A DNA stretch of 64,000 bases from the human T2T-CHM13v2.0 reference genome, Homo sapiens. Under the pieces are notes generated by a model. The model was not told the DNA's origin. It saw nothing but the letters and a program-made list of their open reading frames with translations, and ran no database searches. The position numbers and the translations under genes were made by a program. This document shows positions 55,480 to 64,000 of the stretch, piece after piece (the stretch's first letter is position 1; each line of letters starts with the position of its first letter). The stretch lies in the NCBI RefSeq assembly GCF_009914755.1, contig NC_060930.1. One strand, given 5' to 3'.

Positions 55480-57673
55480 GAACTAGGCATTGAAGGAACA
55501 TACTTAAAAATAATAAGAGCCATGTATGGAAAAAAAAAAAAAACACAGCCAAGATCATACTGAATGGGCAAAAGCTGGAAGCATTCCCCTTGAAATCCAG
55601 AGTAAGACAAGGATGCTCTCTCACACCACTCCTATTCAACATATTACTGGAAGTCCTAGCCAGAGCAATCAGGCAAGAGAGAGAAATAAAAGGCATACAA
55701 ATAGGAAGAGAGAAGTCAAACTATTTCTATTTGCAGACTTTATGATTCTATACCTAGAAAACCCCATAGTTTCTCTCCAAAAGTTATTTGATCTGATAAA
55801 CTTCAGCAAAGTCTCAGAATACAAAATCAATGAACAAAAATCAGTAGCATTCATATATGCCAACAACTTCCAATTAAAGAACACAGTCCCATTGACAATA
55901 GCCACAAAAAAGAATAAAATACCTAAGAATACAACTAACTAGGGAGGTGAAAGAGCTCTACAACAAGAATTACAAAACACTGCTGAAAGAAATGAGATGA
56001 TTCCAAAAAAAAAAAGGAAAAACAACCCATGCTCTGGATAAGAAAAATCAATATTGTTAAAATGTTCATACTGCCAAAAGCAATTTACAGATTCAATGTT
56101 ATTCCTATCAAACTACCAATGACATTCCTTACAGAAGTAGAAAAAACTTGTAAAATTCATATGGATCCAAAAAACAGCCTGAATAGCCTAGGCAATTCTA
56201 AGCAAAAAGAATAAAGTTGGAGGTATAACGTTACCCAACTTCAGACTATGCAACAAAGCTACAATAACCAAAGCAGCATGGTACTGGTACAGAAACAGAC
56301 ACACAGACCAATGAAACAAAATAGAGAGCTCAGAAATAATACCATTCACCCACAACCACCTGATTTTCATCAACGTCAACAAAAACAATCAAAAGAGAAA
56401 GGAAAGGACTCCCTGTTCAATAAACAATGCTGGAATAACTGGCTAGCAATACACAGAAGGCTGAAATTGCACCCCTTCCTTATACTATATACAAAAAATC
56501 AACTCAAGATGAATTAAAGACTTAATTATGAAACCTAAAAATATAAAAACCCTGGAGAATAACCTAGGAAATACCATTGTGGACACAGGCCTTGGCAAAG
56601 ATTTCATGATGAAGACTCCAAAAGCAATCACAACAAAACCAAAAGTTGACAAATGGGACCTAATTAAACAAAAGAGCTTCTGCACAGCAAAAGAAACTAT
56701 CAACAGAATAAACAAACACCCTACAGAATAGGAGAAGATATTTGCAAACTATGCATCCAGTAAAGGTCTAATATCCACAATCTATAAGGAACTTAAACAA
56801 ATTTACAAGCAAAAAACAACCCCATTAAAAAGAAGGAAAAAGACATGAACAGACACATCTCAAAAGACAACATACATGCGGCCAGCAAGCATATGAAAAA
56901 ACATTCAATATCACTAATCATTAGAGAAATGCAAATCAAAACCATGAGATACCATCTCATACCAGTCAGAATGGTTATTACTAAAAAGAAAAAAAAATCA
57001 GAGGTTGGCGAGGTTGCAGAGAAAAGGGAACACTTATACAGTGTTGGCAGGATAAATTAGTTCAGCTACTGTGAAAAGCAATTTGATGATTTCCCAAAAA
57101 CTCAAAGCAGAATTACCATTTGACATGGCAATCCCATTATTGGGTATATACCCAAAGGAATATAAATCATTCTACCGGAGACACATGCACAACATGTTCA
57201 TCGCAGCACTATTCACAATAGCAAAGATATGGAATCAACCTAAATGCCCATCAACAGTAGACTGGATAAAGAAAATGTGGTACTATGTATATACATAGTG
57301 TATATACTATGTAATACTACATAGCCATAAAAGAATAATATGTCCTTTGAAGCAACATGGATGGAGTAGGCCATTATCCTAAGAGAACTAACATAGGAAC
57401 AGAAAACAAAATACCACGTTTTCACTTAAAAGTGGGAGCTAAACATCGAATACACATGGATACAAAGAAAGGAACAACAGATACCAGGGCCTATTTGATG
57501 AGGGGGGCGGGTGGAAGGATGGTGAGGGTAAAAAAACAACTACCTATTAGGTGCTATGCTTGCTGCCTGGATGACAAATCATTTGTACACTAAACCCCAG
57601 TGACATGCAATTTAACCATGTAACAAACCTGGTTATGTACCCCTGAACCCCAAATAAAGGTTGGAATAAAAAA
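55480..57673 (+). mobile_element. L1PB-type 3' ~2.2 kb
   Basis: Broken ORF2 C-terminal peptides ([15 protein letters not shown]) and a 3'UTR ending aataaaaaa. Confidence 0.9.
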
Positions 57674-57719
57674 GTTTGAGAGCAAAAAGTAAATAAAACT
57701 GTACTGTGTTTTATACCAT

Positions 57720-60580
57720 AACAATAAATCTAAAGATTTAGATGAAATGGATCACTTTCTAAGAAAATATCAATTACCAAAATTAACTCTTGAGATAGAG
57801 TATCTGAATCATCATAGAAAGGATTGGGGGAAAAGTAAGTCTACTCCTAAAATGAAGTACTGATTTTTTGGATGGTTTCTACCTAAATCTAAAGAAAATA
57901 TAAAACAGTAGAAGAAGAAAAATTTTGAGAAAGGTAATAGGGCTAGGCTTGAAAAATAATGAAGCATGTTATAAATTGACAGTATTTAAAACAATAATAC
58001 ATCTTAAAGCAAATACAGAATTCAAATTAATACAATACTATCATTTTGGGGGATCACTGAGATTAAACAACACACTTCTAAATAATACACAGGTTTAACT
58101 GACTGAAAATGAAAATATCAAAATTTTAAGGAAGCAGGTAAAGCAGTACTGAGAAGGAAATTTACAGCACTAAGCAGTTATATTAGAAAAAGGGAAAAAG
58201 CTCTCAACCTAAACTTCCATCTTTAGAAACTAGAATATAAGCCCAAAGCAAGCAGATGGAAGACAAGAAGGCTGAGAACAAAAATCAATAGAGTTTAAAA
58301 CAGAAAAAAACAGAAAAATCTATTCAGAAAGATAAGCTAGTTCATTGAGACAATCAATAAAATTTATAAACCATTACCTAGACTGAGAAAGAAAAAAAGA
58401 AGAGGCAAGTTATTAGGGAGTAAAATAGATATCACTACAGACCATCAGACATTAAAAAGATAAGGTAATTACTAGGAACAATTCTACACACACCAATTCA
58501 ATAACTTGAATTAGACCAACTTCTTAAAAAACACAAACTTACCCAAATTCATTCAATATGAAATAATCTGAATGTCCTATAAACTATTAGAGTAATTGAA
58601 TTTATAATTTTTTAAAAGCTCCCAAAAAATCTCTAGGTCCAAATTGTTACACTGTAGGATTCTACCAAATGTTTAAAGAATTAACACCAATCCTCCACAA
58701 ACTCAGAGGCGGAAAAAAAATGAATTATTTCCCAACTCATTTTATGAGTTCAACAATGCTCTGATAACAAAACCAGACAAGACAGTAGGAAAAAAGAAAA
58801 TGACAAACCAACATCCATCATGAACATAGATACAAAAAACTTTAACAAAATCAAACCAAATCCAATCCAGACATAGAGCTATACATAGATAATACGTTTG
58901 GCATACGGTTTTCCCAGGAATGCAAGTTAAGTTTAGCATTTAAAAATCAATGCAAGCTGGGCGCAGTGGCTCACACCTGTAATCCTAGCACTTTTGGAGG
59001 CCGAGGCAGGTGGATCTCTTGAGGCCAGCAGTTCAAGACCAACCTGGCCAACATGGTGAAACCCCGTCTCTACTAAAAATTCAAAAATTAGCCAGGCGTG
59101 GTGGCTCATGCCTATAATCCCAGCTACTCGGGAGGCTGAGGCAGGAGAATGGCTTGAACCCAGGAGGCGGAGGTTACAGTGAGCTGAGATCTGAGATCAC
59201 ACGATTGCACTCCCGCCTGGAGAACAGAGTGAGACTCCGTCTCAAAACAAAACAAAAAAATCAATGCAATTTACCACATTAATAGACCAATTAAAAACCT
59301 ACTAGAACCAATAAGTGACTTTAACAAGATTATACAATTCAGGGTCAATTTTTTTTAAAAAACCAATTATATTTCTATATATTAACAACAAAAGGGCAAT
59401 TAAAAATGTATTATCATTTACATCAAAAACATTAAAAGCTTAGAAATAAAAATGTAATAAATTATGTGTAAGATCTGTACACTGAAAACTATAAAATATC
59501 ACTAAAAAAACTGGCCAGGTGCGGTGGCTCACACCTGTAATCCCAGCACTTTGGGAGGCCGAAGTGGGCGGATCATCTGAGGTAAGGAGTTCGAGACCAG
59601 CCTGTCAAACATGGCAAAACCCTGTCTCTACTAAAAATACAGAAATTAGCTGGGCGTGGTGGCACATGCCTGTAATCCCAGCTACTCAGGAGGCTGAGGC
59701 AGGAGAATCGCTTGAACCCAGGTGGCAGAGGTTGTATTATTGACATAAGGATAGACAGACCAATGAAACAGAATAAAGATCCACAAATCTAATGATGCAT
59801 AGAGTAAACTGATTTTTTAACAAAGGGGAAAGGTAATTAAATGGGAAATTGAATTTGGTATTTATAAATACCAAATAAAGGCCAGGTGCAGTCAGTCATG
59901 CCTGTAATCCCAGCATTTTGAGAGGCCTAGGCAAGTGGATCCCTTGAGGCCAGGAGTTTGAGACCAGCCTAGCCAACACGGTGAAACCCCACCTCTACTA
60001 AAAATATAAAAATTAGCCAGGTGTGGTGGTGCACACCTGTAATCCCAGCTACTTGGGAGGCTGAGGCACAAGAATGGCTTGAACCTGGGAGGCAGAAGTT
60101 GCAGTGAACAACTGCAGTTACAGTTGAGCCACTGCACTCCAGCCTGGGCGACAGTACAGACTGTTTTCTCTAAATAAATAAATAATAAAAATAAATACTC
60201 AAATAAAACTAAAAACACGTCCACATAGAACCATAGGCAAATGTTTACTCATAATCATCCGAAACTAAAAACAACCCATGGGTCTGTAAGATAAACGGAT
60301 AAAAACGGTACTACATCCACAAAACACAGTACTATTCAGCACACACAGGCACACACACAAATTTATAACATGCAACAACATGGATGAATCTCAACAGCAG
60401 CATGAAAAGTGAAAGAAACCACACTCAAAGGCTATCAACTATCTGATTCTATACATAGGGCTTCTGCAAAAGGCAAAACAATAAGAATCAGATCAGTGGT
60501 TGCCAAGCGGGGTAGAGGACTAACTACAAAGGGGCAAAAGGTAGCTTTCTGGAGTGATGGAAATGTCGCACACTTCTCTT
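57720..60580 (+). mobile_element. Old L1M fragments containing three Alus (58955-59257, 59513-59734 truncated, 59880-60195)
   Basis: Degenerate ORF2/3'UTR motifs; Alu consensus blocks. Confidence 0.7.
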
Positions 60581-60581
60581 G

Positions 60582-61042
60582 TAGTAAAATGATCCTCATA
60601 TAATCGCAGTTTCACTTTCTCTGGTTTCAGTTACCCACAGTCAACCGTTGCCTGAAAATATTAATAATGGAAAATTCTAGAAATAAAGAAAATTCACAAA
60701 TTATAAATTGTACTCCATTCTAAGTAGTGTGATGAAATCCCACACCATTTTGTTTCCTCTCACCCAGGAGGTGAATCATCCATTTCTCCAGCTCATCCAC
60801 ACTGTATATGCTATCCACCCACTGGCGTGTAGTGCCATCTTGGTTAAAGGACCAACTCTCAGTATCGCAGTATTTGTGTTCCAGTAATCCTTATTTTACT
60901 TAATAATGGCCCCAAAGTGCAAGAGTAGTGATGCTCTCATATTGTTATAATTATTCTATTTTATTATTAGCTATTGTTAATTTCTTACTATGCCTAAATT
61001 ATAAATTAAATCTTATAGATTTAATTTATTAAAGGACTACTG
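60582..61042. mobile_element. MER44 (Tigger7-derived) element
   Basis: gtttcagttacccacagtcaacc...gtgatgaaatc...; ends ggactactg followed by TA. Confidence 0.7.
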
Positions 61043-64000
61043 TATACATTCTTCAAAACTCAAATTATAGCATTTTATGTAAATTTAATCTTTAAAAATC
61101 TTAAAAGTTGCATGTAAATTATACTTCAATTATCATATTAAAATTTGATTTTTCTAAAATTGTAGGTAAATGTTTACATATCTCCCACTCAACAACAGTA
61201 GAAGCAAAAAGAACTTATCATAATAAAATTGAAACAACCCAAATGTGTTAACAAAGGAATAGATAATTAATGGTGGTAGAAGTATACACTAGAATACTAT
61301 ATAGCAATAAAACAGAACTACTATTATACAAAACAACATAGATTAAATTCAGAGACATTATGCTAAACAAAAGAATGCTAGCACAGACCATACATAATCA
61401 ATAATGGTAAGTCAGAACAGTAGAGATGGGTAGGATATAAGGTGTCACCATAAAGACTGAGAAGAGTCACAAGCTAAACCTACTGGGCATTAGAAATTTT
61501 GTATCCTGACCTGAGTGGTGATTATAAGGGGAGATGTATGTGGGTGTGTATTGGAATGGAGCTATTATTAAAGATTAATATTCCTATGTACTTTACTGTA
61601 TGTTAGACATCAACAAAAAATATAATACAGGAAATACTTATACTTTATTTCACTTTCTACCTTAGAAGAAGTATTGAAGGGAAATAAAGGCCTCATCTGC
61701 TAGAAGAGAATCCTTAAGTCCCAAAGATGCACTATAGATGACAGAATGCACTGTCGTGGCTGTAAGTTCCTATCTCATCATCACTTTGGTGCAACTCCAC
61801 ATCTGCAACTAGCCATGAGATAAGAGAAAAGGCCAGATGACATATATACCCTACACCAAGAATGCATGGATGAAGAATGAAGTTGATAACAACCTACAAG
61901 CTGGTTCTTAGGCGCTGTCAGAACTCTAGGAGAACAAAGAAGCCTTCTATTAAGGCAGAAGACAATCCTGCTTCCTAATATAGAAAAGAGGAAAGGATTT
62001 TATATTCAAATAACTTCTCCCCTATATCCCTTTAGTAACACATTTTTTCCCAAGTAGTTAGAAAACAAGAATTTTTATTCAGTAAAGTCATAACTGGCTT
62101 TGAGAAGCATACCATTGCATGGCAGTTATATATTACTAGTAAAATATACATCTTGACGATATCCCAGAAAACCGAGGTACTTGTTTTGATAGAAAAACAT
62201 GTATCAAAATTCACATATTGATAAATCATAAAATTACTGTTGCTATGCTGTTCTACTTAGAATTTCAAAGTAATCTATCATGTTTCTACATCACTGTAAC
62301 CAATATAAGTAATCTAGAACATGTTAATTTAAGCATATAATTTATAACTTATTAATGACAAAACTTTGACATGAACATGCAATGTAAAAGGTAGTTATAA
62401 ACCTTGTAACTATGTGAGTTAATTTGAAGAAACAAAGTATGCCATCAAAGTAACATTTCAAAATGTGTAAAGGTGAAACAGAGACATTTTTACAGGTAAA
62501 CATTTTATATATATATTTAGTAGCTGCCAAACTCAGGGAGCACTGGGAAGGCCTCATTTAGATGTTTTACCTAAAAATGCATATGACACACTGTTCTCTA
62601 CCCTAATGTAGGCATGTAGACCCTAACCATATAGATTTATAGACCCAGAAAATATACATAGGTACCTCTTCTTGGAAATGGCAGATTCCACTCTCAAAAT
62701 TGAGTAAGGATAGCAGGCATCTACAACAATCCCAAACACATGCTACTTAGATGAGATCCGGATACTATGAAAAGTTGCCAAAATATGTCACTTAATGGCC
62801 AAACATGCTCCTAATAAAAGTTTACTGTAGTGCAGCTGAAAATAGTTCAAAATTCTTTGGCCTGGACAAATACTGTTAAATTTAGATAATCCAGTGCTAC
62901 CACACTTGACTGGAATACAACCTCTGCAATTCTTCAAGTTTGTTATCTCTCCTTCACTTGCCTTTGTCTCTGAGCTTATTCATCACTCACAACATGTCAC
63001 GTAACACAGTAAATCTTCCTCTGTTTCCTGGAATAGTCTATCTGAAGAGATACTCTACAAGTGTTTTCTGGTAAGAGTCATACCTTAACTAAAAAGTAAA
63101 TAAATTCACAAAGCTCAGTAATGAAGATGAAAATAATACAAATAACATAAAATTTAAAGAATCTTTATTCACCAAGAGAAGGAAAATATGAATTATGTTA
63201 TTACTAAAAGAACTGTGCACTTAATATAAAATCTACGTCTTAACTAAGCCCATGTAATTATTTATGGAGTGCATTATTACGTATTTCTCTAACAACAACA
63301 AAAAAACCATTCTATCAGTCACCCCTTCCTATTATACTGAAGTCTGCATCTTGACCCTCAAAGTTTATATTATAGAAGAAACTGTTTTTAATAATCTAAT
63401 TATTTCTTCAATGTGTTTTTGTTACTAACTCTGTAAGCTTTTTGACATCCTAATATGATTTACTGAAATAACAATTCAAGTAAATTGAGTTACTTGAAAG
63501 GTAAAAGACCCTGAAAAAATGATAAAAAGAAACTGATGATATAAATATATATATAAAAAACATCTTAAGAATGCATATGCATGAAGATAAAGGGAACTCA
63601 AAGTATTTCTGATTTCCAACATGCTAAACAACTAAATTACTATTATCTCTTTTCTTTTGGAGGGAGAAAAATTTTTCCTCTTAAAAATCAATCCAGTTTA
63701 TATATCATCGGTTAGTATTATCATGTCTTTAAAAAATTCCAACAAAGAAATGAGCCATGCATGCAACATGATCTCATTACAATCATAGTACAAAAGTGAA
63801 GAGAAGAAATGGTTTATCCAAGACAGACAGTAACTTACTTTAAGCAAATCAATTAGAAGATTAGGTAAAACAAATGAAGCTTAAGTATTCAAATTAAGGT
63901 TAATCATGGACTTTACTTATAAAACAAATAGAATGTAATGTTTTCCAAGCATTTTGTTGCTATAATTTACTTTTTAAATTTTTAGATGAAATATAAACAG

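Overview
Primate (most likely human) genomic DNA: AT-rich, intronic and repeat-dense. Seven internal coding exons of a minus-strand coiled-coil centrosomal gene splice into one continuous 894-nt (298-codon) frame with GT-AG boundaries. I recognise the peptide as CEP85L; the start and stop codons lie outside the window. The introns hold about 20 Alus, old and younger L1s, L2/MIR, several LTRs (THE1D, LTR3-like, MER21, MER41, MLT1, ERV1-type), a Charlie3-type hAT transposase fossil and Tigger/MER elements. The most unusual structure is at 25.1-28.2 kb. A processed BRD7 pseudogene (BRD7P3) has its 5' ~600 nt inverted (twin priming) and sits ~80 bp downstream of a solo LTR3-like LTR, both nested in an AluJ inside an L1. 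An LTR-driven transcript would be antisense to the BRD7 5'UTR/start codon and sense to the remainder. Other observations: an exon read-through isoform, possible stop-free exon circles, two local non-tandem duplications, a compound VNTR inside an Alu, and a MER41 LTR retaining two GAS motifs. Repeat family names and most repeat boundaries come from visual recognition and need RepeatMasker/Dfam confirmation. Exon coordinates were derived base by base.
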